The notes below the pieces were generated by a model. That model did no database searches. It had not been told where the DNA came from and was given only the letters and a program-made list of their open reading frames with translations. Made by a program: the position numbers and the translations under genes. DNA of 64,000 nucleotides from the human T2T-CHM13v2.0 reference genome, Homo sapiens: assembly GCF_009914755.1 (NCBI RefSeq), contig NC_060933.1; one strand, given 5' to 3'. How positions within the stretch are numbered: position 1 is the stretch's first letter; every line of letters begins with the position of its first letter. Of the stretch, positions 25,135-42,007 are shown piece by piece.

Positions 25135-25958
25135 GTGTGGTAGATTAGGTCATTGTTCCTCAATTCTTCATGCCCTCCCTGTTAGAATTATACACTTGTG
25201 TCCTTTGCCGTGTGACCTTGCAGTTCTGCCCTTTAGACACAGAGCTGCTTTCTTTGGCCAGTGGAATGAGGAAGAAGTGACAGTGGGCCAGTTCTAGGCT
25301 AAGACTACTTGCCCTGTCATGCTCCTGCTGTTCACTATGAGGAAAACACGCTTGGTTGCTCTTCATTTGTTATTTTGTGGCTATAAAGAAATACCTGAGG
25401 CTGAGTAATTTATAAAGAAACGAGGTTTAATTGTCTCACGGGTCTGCAGGCTGTACAGAAAGCATCTGCTCAGTTTCTGATGAGGCTTCAGGCAATTTTT
25501 ACTCAAGGAAGAAGGCAAAGCAGGAGCAGGTATGTCACGTTGCAGAAGTGGGAGCAAAGTGGTGGGGGAGGTGCCACACTCTTTTTAACAAAAAGGTCTC
25601 ACGTAAACTACGAGCAAGAGCTCACTTACCACCAAGGGGATGGTGCCAACCATTCATGAGGGATCTGCCTCCATGATCCAGTGACCTCCACCAGGCTCCA
25701 CCTCCAACTTTAGGAATCACATTTCAACATGAGATTTGGAGTGGGCAATCATCCAAACCATATCAGGTGCCTGCTGGTCCAAAGAGGAGAGAACGGTAAA
25801 ACAGACCTGAACCCAACTTTCAGCCTAAAGCAAAGCCCAGCCCAGCCTAACCTAACCTATGTTAGTTGATCTATAGACCAAGAACAAATAATTTTTATTG
25901 GAAACCACTGAGTTTGGGGATAAAATAAAGCATTATAATTGCAATAGGTAAATATTAT
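25135..25958 (+). mobile_element. MLT1 (MLT1H-like) MaLR LTR split by an MST LTR
   Basis: tgtggtagatt start; ctttggccagtggaatgaggaagaagtgaca; gaaaccactgagtttgggg near the end. Confidence 0.7.
25362..25765 (-). mobile_element. MSTB-like MaLR solo LTR
   Basis: gctataaagaaatacctgaggctgagtaatttataaag...catgagatttgg...ccaaaccatatca terminus. Confidence 0.9.
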
Positions 25959-26187
25959 GGTGTGTACGAATGGGTTTTTTATTGTTATACTTTAAGTTCT
26001 AGGGTACATGTGCACAACGTGCAGATTTCCTACATAGGTATACATGTGCCATGTTGGTGTGCTGCACCCATCAACTTGTCATTTACATTCGGTATTTCTC
26101 CTAATGCTATCCCTCCCACATCCCTCCACCCCACAACAGGCCCCGGTGTGTGATGTTCCCCGTCCTGTGTCCAAGTGTTCTCATTGC

Positions 26188-30005
<3,818 letters not shown>

Positions 30006-30068
30006 TATGATGTTAGCTGGTTATTTTGCCTGTTAATTGATGCAGTTTCTTCCTAGCATCAATGGTCT

Positions 30069-31091
30069 TTACAATTTGGCATGGTTTTGCAGTGGCTGTT
30101 ACCGATTTTTCCTTTCCATGCTTTGTGCTTCCTTTGGGAGCTCTTGTTAGGCAGGCCTGGTGGTGACAAAATCTCTCAGCATTTGCTTGTCTGTAAAGGA
30201 TTTTATTTCTCCTTCACTTATGAAGTTTAGTTTGGCTGGATATGAAATTCTGGGTTGAAAATTCTTTTCTTTAAGAATGTTGAATATTGGCCCTCACTCT
30301 CTTCTGGCTTGTAGGGTTTCTGCCAAGAGATCCCCTGTTATTCTGATGGGCTTCCCATTGTGGGTAACCCGACCTTTCCCTTTGGCTGCCCTTAACATTT
30401 TTTCCTTCATTTCAACCTTGGTGCATCTGTCAATTATGTGTCTTGGGGTTGCTCTTCTCGAGGAGTATCATTGTGGTGTTCTTTGTATTTCCTGAATTTG
30501 AATGTTGGCCTGCCTTGCTAGGCTGGGGAAGTTCTCCTGGATAATATCCTAAGAGTGTATTCCAACTTGGTTCCATTCTCCCCATCATTTTCAGGTACAC
30601 CTATCAAATGTAGATTTGGTCTTTTCACATAGTCCCATATTTCTTGGAGGCTTTGTTTGTTTGTTTTTACTCTTTTTTGTCTAACCTTGTCTTCTCACTT
30701 TACTTCATTAATTTGATCTTCGAACACTGATACCTTCTTCCACTTGATTTGATTGGCTATTGAAGCTTATGCATGCATCACGAAGTTTTCACGCCATGTG
30801 TTTCAGCCCCATCAGGTCATTTAAGGTCTTCTCTACACTGTTTATTCTAGTTAGTCATTCCTCTAACCTTTTTTCAAGGCTTTTAGCTTCCTTGCAGTGG
30901 GCTAGAACATGCTTCTTTAGCGTGAAGAAATTTATTATCACTGACCTTCTGAAGCCTACTTCTGTCAACTCCTCAAAGTCATTCTCCGTCCAGCTTTATT
31001 CCATTGCTGGCAGGAAGCTGCGATCCTTCGGAAGAGAAGAGGTGCTCTGGTTTTTAGAATTTTCAGCTTTTCTTCTCTGGTTTCTCCCCAT
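30069..31091 (-). pseudogene. Disrupted L1 ORF1
   Basis: ATG at 31091 (atggggagaaaccag) and stop at 30069 (gccaaattgtaa) at canonical positions; no minus-strand ORF in the track here. Confidence 0.9.
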
Positions 31092-32123
31092 GTTTGTGGT
31101 TTTATCTACCTTTGGTCTTTGATGTTGGTGACCTACAGATGGGGTTTTGATGTAGATGTCCCTTTTGTTGATGTTGGTGCTATTCCTTTCTGTTTGTTAG
31201 TTTTCCTTCTAACAGTCAGGTCCCTTAGCTGCAGATCTGTTGGAGTTTGCTGGAGGTCCACTCCAGACCCTGTTTGCCTGGTTGTCACCAGCAGAGGCTG
31301 CAGAACTGCAAATATTGCAGAACAGCAAATATTGCTGCCTGATCCTTCTTCTGGAAGCTTTGTCCCAGAGGGGCATCTGCCTATATTAGGTGTCTGTTGG
31401 CGCCTACTGGGAGTTGTCTCCCAGTTATGCTATGTGGGGATCAGGGACCCACTTGAGGAGGCAGCCTGTCTGTGCTCAGAGTTCAAATGCCGCGCTGGGA
31501 GAACTGCTGCTGTCTTCAGAGCTGTCAGACAGAGACGTGTAAATCTGCAGAAGCTGTCTGCTGCCTTTTGTTCAGCTATGGCCTGCCCACAGAAGTGGAG
31601 TCTATAGAGGCAGTAGGCCTTGCTGAGGTGCAGTGGGCCCTGCCCAGTTCGAGCTTCCAGGCTGCTTTGTTTACCTACTCAAGCCTCAGCAATTGCAGAC
31701 ACCCCTCCCCGTGACAGGCTGCAGCCTTGCAGTTTGATCTCAGACTGCTGCGCCAGCAGTGAGCAAGCCTCCGTCGGGGGGGACCCACTGTATCAGGCAT
31801 GGGAGAGGGTCTCCTTGTCTGCTGGTTGCTAAGACCTTGGGAAAAGCACAGTATTTGGGTGGAAGTGTCCCATTTTTCAAGGTAGAGTCTGTTATGCCTG
31901 CTCTTGGCTAGGAAAGGAAAATCCCCTGACCCCTTGTGCTTCCTGGGTGAGGCGACACCCCACGCTGCTTTGGCTCACCCTCTGTGGGCTGCACCCACTG
32001 TCCAGCCAGTCTGAATGAGATGAACCAGGTACCTCAGTTGGAAATGCAGAAATCACCCATCTTCTATGTCGATCATGCTGGGAGCTGCGGACCGGAGCTG
32101 TTCCTATTTGGCCATCTTGGAAC
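31092..32123 (-). promoter_or_regulatory. L1 5'UTR internal promoter (YY1 site at 32111-32119) with antisense-promoter/ORF0 region; CpG-depleted
   Basis: gccatcttg is the antisense of CAAGATGGC at the 5' end; ORF0-like peptide PCSLISDCCAS on the + strand; activity not shown. Confidence 0.7.
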
Positions 32124-33087
32124 GTATCCGAAAAGATTTATTTTTAAGGGAAAGGTTTGGTAGGCAAGAGAGTGAAGAGAGTAGGATGCTAGGCATGCTC
32201 TGGTAAGGGAAGTGGAAAAGAAGTCAGAGAATATGATTAGTATGGAAAACAGAAGAGGAGGGCCAAAGAAATGACAATATGCACATCAGCACTTTACGGA
32301 CTGGTGGATACAAGAGCAGGTGCCTATTGTGTGACTTGGTGCTTGTGTGGCTTCCTTGAGACCCTTAGTGACAAAAGAAGAACCTGCTCTGGTCTGGAAA
32401 CAATTGAGAGTGCCAGAGCCCTTGAATTATACAGGCAAGTGTGTTCTTGCAAACTCTGAAACTGGCAACTCACACTCCAAGTTTAAGGTCAAAAAGAATT
32501 GAATAGGCTAGAGAACCTCTGCATTCAATCTCCTGCTCTACAACTAAATGATTATGCTGTTGAGTAAAGCAGTATGTCTGAAAATTATCTGCAATGAGTT
32601 TTATGTTTAAAGAGAACATGCCAAAAATGGAGAAAATGATTTTTTTTTCTTCTGAAATGGCTTAATTTCTGCAGTGCTCTAATAAGCAGGCTCTGCATGA
32701 TGGGCTGATGGCCGGCTGCATTATGTGTGTTTGTTTCTCTACTGCTCTTCAGAGCCACAATAGCACTTCAGATAATGGCTGCTGCTTAATTGCCATTACA
32801 CAGATGTTATTTGGTCAGATGCCTCTCATCTTTTCCACTCCCAGACATCTGATCTCCACAGCAACACATATTGTCATTCAGGTGGGAAGAAACAGGATTT
32901 TTGAAGCTCATCTTCTTTTCCCAAACATACTTCTTAAAATGACCATGAGTACTGCCTTTTGGTGGGGGTTAGGGGGAGGTTGTTGTATATAGAAAACCCT
33001 AATATTCCATTTATAGAGAATTGGTTAAATTAATCATCCTATATCTACAAAAAGAACTGCCAGGCCACCATAAAAAACGATAATGTA

Positions 33088-33446
<359 letters not shown>

Positions 33447-33519
33447 ACAATGTAGACCCATACTTACTGAGTTGAATATATATACATAATACAATTGATT
33501 AGTAAAAAAGTTCATTGAT

Positions 33520-33953
<434 letters not shown>

Positions 33954-33996
33954 TTATTAGTGGTTACAGCTGAGTGACAGGATTATATGAGATTTA

Positions 33997-34224
33997 GGAA
34001 TTGAACAATGAGAACACTTGGACGCAGGAAGGGGAACATCACACCCCAGGGCCTGTTGTGGGGTTGGGGGAGGGGGGAGGGATAGCATTAGGAAATATAC
34101 CTAATGTAAATGACGAGTTAACGGGTGCAGCACGCCAACATGGCACATGTATACATATGTGACAAACCTGCACGTTGTGCACGTGTACCCCAGAACTTAA
34201 AGTATAATAAAAAAAAATATAAAA
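33997..34224 (+). mobile_element. Short 5'-truncated L1PA5-like 3'UTR insertion
   Basis: aacacttggac, ctaatgtaaatgacg diagnostics; TSD gagattta at 33989-33996 and 34225-34232. Confidence 0.93.
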
Positions 34225-34649
34225 GAGATTTACACTTATGTCTTTGTACTTTTCATATCTTGTTTTTGTAATAAGCACTGCTTTCTCCAAACAAATATAT
34301 TTTATATCCAAAAGATAAATAATGGGCATAGCTTTAACTTTTAATGAATTTCATGTGTTTCATCTTATTCAAAATAATGTAAACCTGCCTATTTTCCTTC
34401 ATCTATAACCAGAATAAAGGTAAATTTTCATAAATGAACTAAGGTTATTTGTAGAGCTTTGGAGAGGACATTGGACATTTGCTACCTATACATGATAGTC
34501 ACTGTAAAATATGCTTTATCAGGTTAAATTTAAGTGTCTCTCAACTGAAAGGCAACAACGTAGTCATTTATTCAAAAAACAGATATTCAACATGTAGAAG
34601 AAGACACTATTCCTTGCACTAGAGTGAAAGAAGGGAACCTAAGGAAGAG

Positions 34650-34785
34650 TAATAACAATCTACATTTGCTTTCTAATATTTTTTTCTATGCATTATCACC
34701 ATGATCTTCATGATATGAGGTGAATCAGGCCAAGGCTTCAGATGAATGAACTGAGACTCAGTCAGGTGAAATGACTCATGCACTT
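34650..34785 (-). mobile_element. MIR fragment
   Basis: cagatgaatgaactgagactcag..aggtgaaatgactc. Confidence 0.6.
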
Positions 34786-35269
34786 CTGCCCAGTATCATC
34801 TCTCTCCAGACTTAGCAACCGTATTCCTGGTCCCTCAGTGCAGTGTTCTTGGCAATCTATTCTTCATCAAAACAATGGAAGTCTGTGTATATGTGCATAT
34901 GTTTGCATGTATGTATGTATGCATGTATGTATTTATCTAGCTATGGTTGCCTGGTGAAGCCAGCTTTTCTATTTAAAGGGTATTGTCTAAATAACAGTGA
35001 CCAGTCACCTGGAATTGGATTAGCTCTTTAGCTAGGTTATGCTGGCAAAACTTGGCTGGTCATTAATACCATATAAATTAGTTTATAAGAGTGTCTTGAG
35101 AGTATGCTGAGAGCCTGTAGGGAAAGTGGGCAGAAATCCAGGACACTTAGGGGATATATCTGAGCAGTACTGTAGCAGCCTGTGGCTGCATGTATGCCTT
35201 GGATTCTAAAGTAATCACATTCATTGATTCTCCAGCATCTGGTCCACTGTAGAAATACTTATAAAATGG

Positions 35270-35670
35270 TCCAAGAAATCCCTTGCCTCTGCCTAGTAAT
35301 TTGTTTAGGACTTCCTAACAGGCTGCTTCTGGTGAGTAAGAGCTAAAGGGAGCATTTTAAAAAATGTTTACTTCATCTGAAAAGGAGACACAAAGAAGAG
35401 TGTGTCCCCTTCTTCTCCTCAATGGCACTATGAAGGAAGGTCAAGCCTGGAGTGCTGCAGCCCCCTTCTGAGCATAAGGAAGCAGCCTGAGGCCAATGCT
35501 CATGGGAGGAACTTGGGTCTGTGATGACATGGAGGGGATGTCTGAATCAACAAGCCTTCAACCCTGAGTTGTTGACTTCCCACTACATGAGATAACTCAT
35601 TTCTTCATAGCTGAAGCCCATTACACTGAAGGTTTTTTGAGATTTGTTGCCAGAAACTTTCAAACTGATA
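35270..35670 (+). mobile_element. MLT1J-like MaLR LTR
   Basis: gcctggagtgctgcagcc, aggaacttgggtctgtgatgacat, terminal aactgata. Confidence 0.65.
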
Positions 35671-35799
35671 TGGGTTCCCAGAAGAGGAAGGTAGAATCAT
35701 GAAAGGAGAAAGAAAGGAGTCTCTGATAATAAATCTTTCACTTCAATTTTTCCTAGAAATAGCCCTACCTGCTAATACATTGCAATATGGAATAGTGTA

Positions 35800-35915
35800 G
35801 ATCAGAACTTTTAAAACATGAATGTAGTCCCTCCTGGCAAGCTTGTTAAATTCAGATTCTGATTCAGTAACTAGCTCCCAACTGATGCTGATGTTGCTAG
35901 TTCTTGGGTAACAGC
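35800..35915. mobile_element. MER5A fragment
   Basis: gcttgttaaattcagattctgattcagta...gctccca..tgatgctgatgttgct. Confidence 0.7.
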
Positions 35916-36107
35916 AAAAGTGCAGAGAGAAAGGTAGTGGATATTGAAACCATATGTATTGATTTAAGATCTAAGAACCTTCTCATCACGTGAAAGTAAT
36001 ACTTCATAATTTATAAACCACTCTATAAAAGCTATTAAGAATGATGATGATAATGATGGTGATAATGATGCTAATGATAACAATGACTAATGCATGTGCA
36101 TGCAGGT

Positions 36108-36715
36108 AATATGCGTAGTAAGGTGGTTAAAAGCATGCATTTCAGAATTAGATACATGTATCTAAATCCTGGCTGTACCTCCTACTAGCTATATGTCCTC
36201 AAATTATCTAACATCTTTCTACCCCAGTTTCCTCATCCACAATATGGTTGTATTAATTGTACCAACCTGATATGGTTTAGCTTTGTGTCTCCACCCAAAT
36301 GTCATCTTGAAGTGTAATCCTCAGGTGTTAAGGGAGGAACCTGGTGAGAACTGATTGGATTATGGGGTGGTTCCCCCATGCCGTTCTCGTGATATTAAGT
36401 GAGTTCTCACAAGATCTGATGGTTGTATAAGCATCTGGTATTTCCCCTGCTCACCTCTTCTCCTTCTCCTTCTGCCACGTTATGAAGAAGGTGCCTTGCT
36501 TCCCCTTCCACCGTGACTGTAAGTTTCCTGAGGCCTCCCTAGCCATGCTGAACTGTGAGTTAATTAAATTTCTTTCTTTTATAAATTACCCACTCTCGGG
36601 CAGTTCTTTTCAGTGTTAAAACGGACTAATACACGGCCTTATAGAGTTATTCTGGTGATGAAGAAATAATGCACATACAAGGTGTTTAGAGGTGCCTGGC
36701 AAATAGTAAATGTTC
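36108..36715 (+). mobile_element. MIR split by THE1D
   Basis: gtggttaaaagcatg...cagtttcctcatc...gtaccaacc | cttatagagttatt...gtgcctggcaaatagtaaatg. Confidence 0.8.
36268..36633 (+). mobile_element. THE1D-like solo LTR
   Basis: tgatatggttt...ggactaataca termini; degenerate 5-bp TSD caacc/cggcc. Confidence 0.92.
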
Positions 36716-37479
36716 TAGTAGTAGTAGCAGTAGCAGCAGAAGTAGGATGAATATTTCACATAATCATGAAGTTTTCCTTTGGTTATCTCTCTTTTGTCGT
36801 GGCCAAACCCCTCTCTGCACCAAAACTTTTCCTTCAGTGTCCTCTGCTGCTTCTCCTAAAATGAAATCTGATTTTATGCCTGCAATCCTCTTCTACACGC
36901 CGATCCCTGAAAGCCAGTGACTTTTCCCCAAGCATCTTACTGTTAGCTGTAATACCATCATTTTAAGGCCACATAATTCTAGACAATACTCAAACACTTA
37001 TAAATTTGGGGTTACACTAGCATATTACCACCCAGTCTGGGGGCACAGAGGGAAGGAGATTCAGATCCACCCAGAACTCTGCCTGACAACTCTACAGACA
37101 GTAGAAAAACTCTCCACCTTGAACTTTCTCTGTCATCTCTCCTTCTCCTGTTCCCACTGTTTTCCTCATCTTCTCTCTCCTTCACCAAGGTCCTTCCCTT
37201 GCTTGAGCTCATCCTCTGGAGAGCTGTAGAAAACAAAAAAATTAATTTATTTTTGTCTGGTTCTGCTTCTAGATGGGATTTGGCTGGATTCAGCATCCAA
37301 TCAACAGACTTTCTCCTTCCCACCTTATTCCCTGCCTTTATATTTCATAATTTCAACTTCCAGGTTGATGCGCAAATTAGAGCGCTAACTTCTAAATTCC
37401 TAAGCTCTGTGACTTTTAGTTTCTGAGATTTGCATTTCCATTTTACTTTAGCTACCTGAAGTTGAAAAAAGTTATTACT

Positions 37480-37910
37480 CAAAACTGTTCTACCTTCGTG
37501 ACCTACATCCCAGAGCTTCATCCCTTGAAACCAACTTCCTTTTCTGCCACTTCACACCTGTCAAGGTTTCTCCTGATTGCCCCCTCCCCAGTGCATCAGC
37601 CCCTTCTGTTTTATTGGATTCGCTGATGAACTCCAACTCAGCTCCTTCCATGCTATCGTCTCAATTGCTTTAGAACTTCCTGCTTCTTTGCTCTTCAATC
37701 ATGTTCCTGTGTCAGTTCCCAAACTGGGTCACAACTATAATTTTGTTTCTCTACCTCTGGGTTCAGAGCTTCATTAGAGAAACTTAAATAACAACCCAAC
37801 CAAAATACTGATTAGAATCAGTACTGAAAGAGCCCTTGTCAACTCCCTATCACATTCCCCACCGCAGCAGTTTCGAACATTTTCCCACAATTTTCAAGCC
37901 TCTGATCTCA
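37480..37910 (+). mobile_element. Possible degraded L2 internal fragment
   Basis: Pyrimidine-rich L2-like text; weak. Confidence 0.35.
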
Positions 37911-38187
37911 CTCCCTCATAGAGTAATGTTAAAGTACAAACACGTCTTCTGGGAACCGTGGTAAAAGGAAATTCCAATCAGTGATCCTGAAGTCATTAGT
38001 TTAGAAACCATACATCTGAGTACGAATGTCTTACAGTTAATTCCTTTATGCTTTTTCTGGAACTTGGTCAAAGAAACTATATTTTTATCTTAAATCTTTA
38101 ATTTCTTTTGTTCTATCTTCTTTCCCTAAGCCCATAGGCATGCTCAGTTCTAGCAAATATAACATTTTACTAACTCCACTATTCCAT

Positions 38188-38330
38188 AAAGTAGCATTTC
38201 TCAAAATGTGTTTCATGGAACACCAATCTTTTAAACTATAGTATTCCATGGAAAAGATAGATTCTATGGTCAAGTACATTTGAAAATGCTTCGTTAAACA
38301 TAGCTCAAATTTTATTTATGAAGTTACTTC
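38188..38330. mobile_element. hAT-Charlie MER (MER103-like) fragment
   Basis: gcatttctcaaaatgtgtttcatggaacacca...ctatggtcaagtacatttgaaaatgct. Confidence 0.5.
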
Positions 38331-38571
38331 CTATGTGTTTTCCCAGGCACCAACTCTGGAGTTACTTTAGTAAATACCATTCTAGAAATATCCGAATTGT
38401 CCCTTCCTTTCAAAGCACAAGTTTTTCAAACCATAGTTCACATGGATTGCCTCAAATTCATCACCGTCTGTTGAGTCCATAAACCCTAACATTCAGATTT
38501 TTCTCACTATACAACTGCAACTGCTCCTCCAAATAAAATTAGCTATTGAACACTTTCCCTTTACCTAACCA

Positions 38572-38850
38572 ATTTTTAAGTTGTATATTTATGTATGTAA
38601 CAAATACATATACAGAAAAGTAAGAATGTAAAGTTACCCATAAACCTGATATCCAAATATAACCATGGTTGACATTGTTTTTCATATCCTTCCCATCTTC
38701 TGTCTACATATATGTATATATATATGTACACACACATATATATATGCATACTCACCTACCACATACTTACATATAGTGTATGTTTATGTTTGTGTATATC
38801 ATGGGTCTGTGTATGTATGTATGGGTATCAGGCCTGAATAATACATGTTA
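38572..38850 (-). mobile_element. Ancient L1ME/MC 3' fragment with TA/CA-rich tract
   Basis: aaagttacccataa...aaccatggttgacattgtt...atatccttcc. Confidence 0.5.
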
Positions 38851-39649
38851 TATAGCAAAGTAAACCATTTTTCTCTCAATAGCTGGTGTCATAAATTCTT
38901 TGAGGGACAAAATAATTCTTAGTTTTGAAAACTGCTGTTGTAAGTGCTTGGATTAGAAGGTGAGCTCCTGAGAGGGAGAAATCTGCCTTCTGTAATAGAG
39001 AAGAAAGTGTTCATACTTCCTTGAGACTCTGGGAAGGAGCATAGTGATAAGAGGAGAGAAGAAAATGCATGGATAGTGGAAAATTGTGTGGTACATATTG
39101 TCATTTCTTTTTGAGCCTTCAAACATTTAATAATGCTTTGAGAAGCTTCTTTTTGTAATAATTGGTGGAGGAACTGAGATTCTTGTTTAGAGTCACATGA
39201 TACAGTACCCAGATAGCCAACAAGGGGATTAGAGCCCAAACACAGAGAGAAATTTGAAGACAAAATCTCCCAAGTAATACAGGTATTAGGAGAGATCTGA
39301 ATATCCATATATTTTAGAGTTGGAGGTTTAAAGCCAAGAATATTCATATCCTTGGAAAAAAAGGAACAGCCAATCTTGACAAAGGAAAGATAAGATATGA
39401 TTTTGAGTATTATATACTGCTTATTCTATGTTCTTTTGCAAAAAAAAAAATGGCATCAAACGTTGCAGTCTGTTTTGTATTCTGAAAATCAGATTTTCAA
39501 TTACATTGGATGGACCATCCATTGATTTTTCGGTAACAGAGTCTTAATATGTGAATGCAATTTTATCTAAGTGATTTTAATAAAGCCATTAAAAAACTGA
39601 CCATATCGTATCATTAAGTTTGGATTTTGGGCTTGAGATCTCTAGTATA

Positions 39650-40075
39650 TTATTCTCAGGCCTTACAGTGGTGCCTCAACCCTATAGTCCAACAATTTCC
39701 ACCCCATTCATCTTTCCAGCTTCATTTCTTCCTGTCCGTCCCTTCCTCTCCTACCTTCTCTAAACTAAAGAGATTGTAAAACCCATGCCCCATAAACTCC
39801 AGGCATTTTCGAGTTCTTGACAATTCCAAAATGGCAAACTCTTTCAACACCTCTTGCATTCTTGACAACAAGAATTCTTGCATTCTTGTTGTCAAGAATG
39901 CCCTTCTTCCCAATATCCAATTCAGCTACTACATGATAAAGGGAGCATTTCTTCAACCCCCACTGGCAGAATGAAAGGTACCATTTCCTGAGGTTTTCCA
40001 GCACTTGATTTATATCTGTATTTCAGCAGTTATAACGTTTTCTTTTATTTATTTGTTCACATGCACTTTTCTGGT
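39650..40075 (+). mobile_element. Degraded L2 fragment
   Basis: tctttccagcttcatttc...aatgcccttctt...ttatttgttcacatg. Confidence 0.5.
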
Positions 40076-40321
40076 CTAAAGGTGGGACAGGAGATTATTC
40101 AATATTGTAAAACATGAACACACATCATGAATCTATGATCACTAATAATCATTATAACAAAGCTAATGGCATGATTATAATATGCTATATGTGTTGCAAT
40201 AGTCCTCTGCCCCAACTACTACACCTGTACAAACATGCACGTGCTTTTCTTAGTTAATACTTACATAAGGCTCTAAGAAGATCTATTACACCACACGTTT
40301 TCCTCTCATGAAACCTCTTGC

Positions 40322-40462
40322 ATGGTGCATCTCAAGTGTCAATGTGAATTTAGCTGGATATTTTGTTAAAATGCAGATTCTGATGTGTAGATTTAGGGTA
40401 GGTCCCAAGATTCTATATTTCTAACAGGCTCCCAGGAGATGCCAATAGTGATTATCTGTAGG
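40322..40462. mobile_element. MER5A
   Basis: ttgttaaaatgcagattctgat...ggtcccaagattctatatttctaacaggctcccaggagatgcca. Confidence 0.85.
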
Positions 40463-41622
40463 CTCTGTAAAATGTATTTACATTGCCATGAATTGAATAA
40501 GTGCTAAGGCCTAGCAGGAAATTCATACATGAATAATTTATATCTCAGATGAGGTTTGAGTTCTAAAACTAGCCAACACTGCATGTAGTTAAAATTACCT
40601 TCGAAAGCATGATAAGAAGATGCCATGGTGGAGAAAAGCACAATTTCTCTCAATTAGTTCCATATGACTTAAGGTTGAGCCTTCAGTATTTGTGTTGATT
40701 GATAAATCTTTGGTTGAGCACCAGATTGAGGAGTCAGTTAACATGTAGAGGTCATGTTGTACAAAAGTAAATAAATATTTTTTAAGTAGGTAAATAAATC
40801 TCTTTCAACACTAGAATGACAGTGTTCACATTCTGAGAAGCATATGGGAAATTAAGACTGCCATGGGAGAAACACCTCTTAACCTTGCAATCTCATGCCC
40901 ATTCTTAGGCAAAGCATCACTGAGTGGAATGGCAAGCAGAACTCATCATCCTAAGTTAACTGTTATACTCCTCTATATTTCTATTTTCGACTGAATGGAT
41001 ATAGTTACATATGTGTAAGTTACATATATGTAGTGTTCTCATAACATCAATGCCAAAGACATGAGAGCTTTTTAGGTATTCCTGCCATCTGTAGACTGAG
41101 AGGAAAAGTTCAGGATTTCTCAAACAGATAGCCTGGAAGTCGAGGCCTGCAAAGCAGTGGAGTGTAATATGGAAAGCCTGTCATAGAATATTAAATAACA
41201 TAATAAGCATACCTCTGCTGAAATCTATAAACGAGCCATTTTCAGATTCCAATTATAAGCCAATATAACAATGTTTATTTTTTTCATAATTCCTTATCCT
41301 TTCTATGGACTATTTCCTCGTAAAAGAACTAGACAGCTTTTCCATCTTTATTGCCATTTGGTTCAGGATCTCTCCTTAGGGAGATTAGCTGATCATGAAT
41401 ATTATATATGTTTGAAATTTTCATTTTATCTTTACAAATAACACTGAAATTGAAAAGATTTTATGCCACTCTAATAGAGCCCAGTGAACATTTTAGGCAT
41501 GTGGTTAGATTGGGCAATAATCAATTTTCCTAGAATTTGTTTTTACACTTATCCCTTGTCTTCCCTACTAGCTATATCACTCTACATAAATCTATAGAAT
41601 TTTTGGAAAAGAAGATACTTCT

Positions 41623-42007
<385 letters not shown>

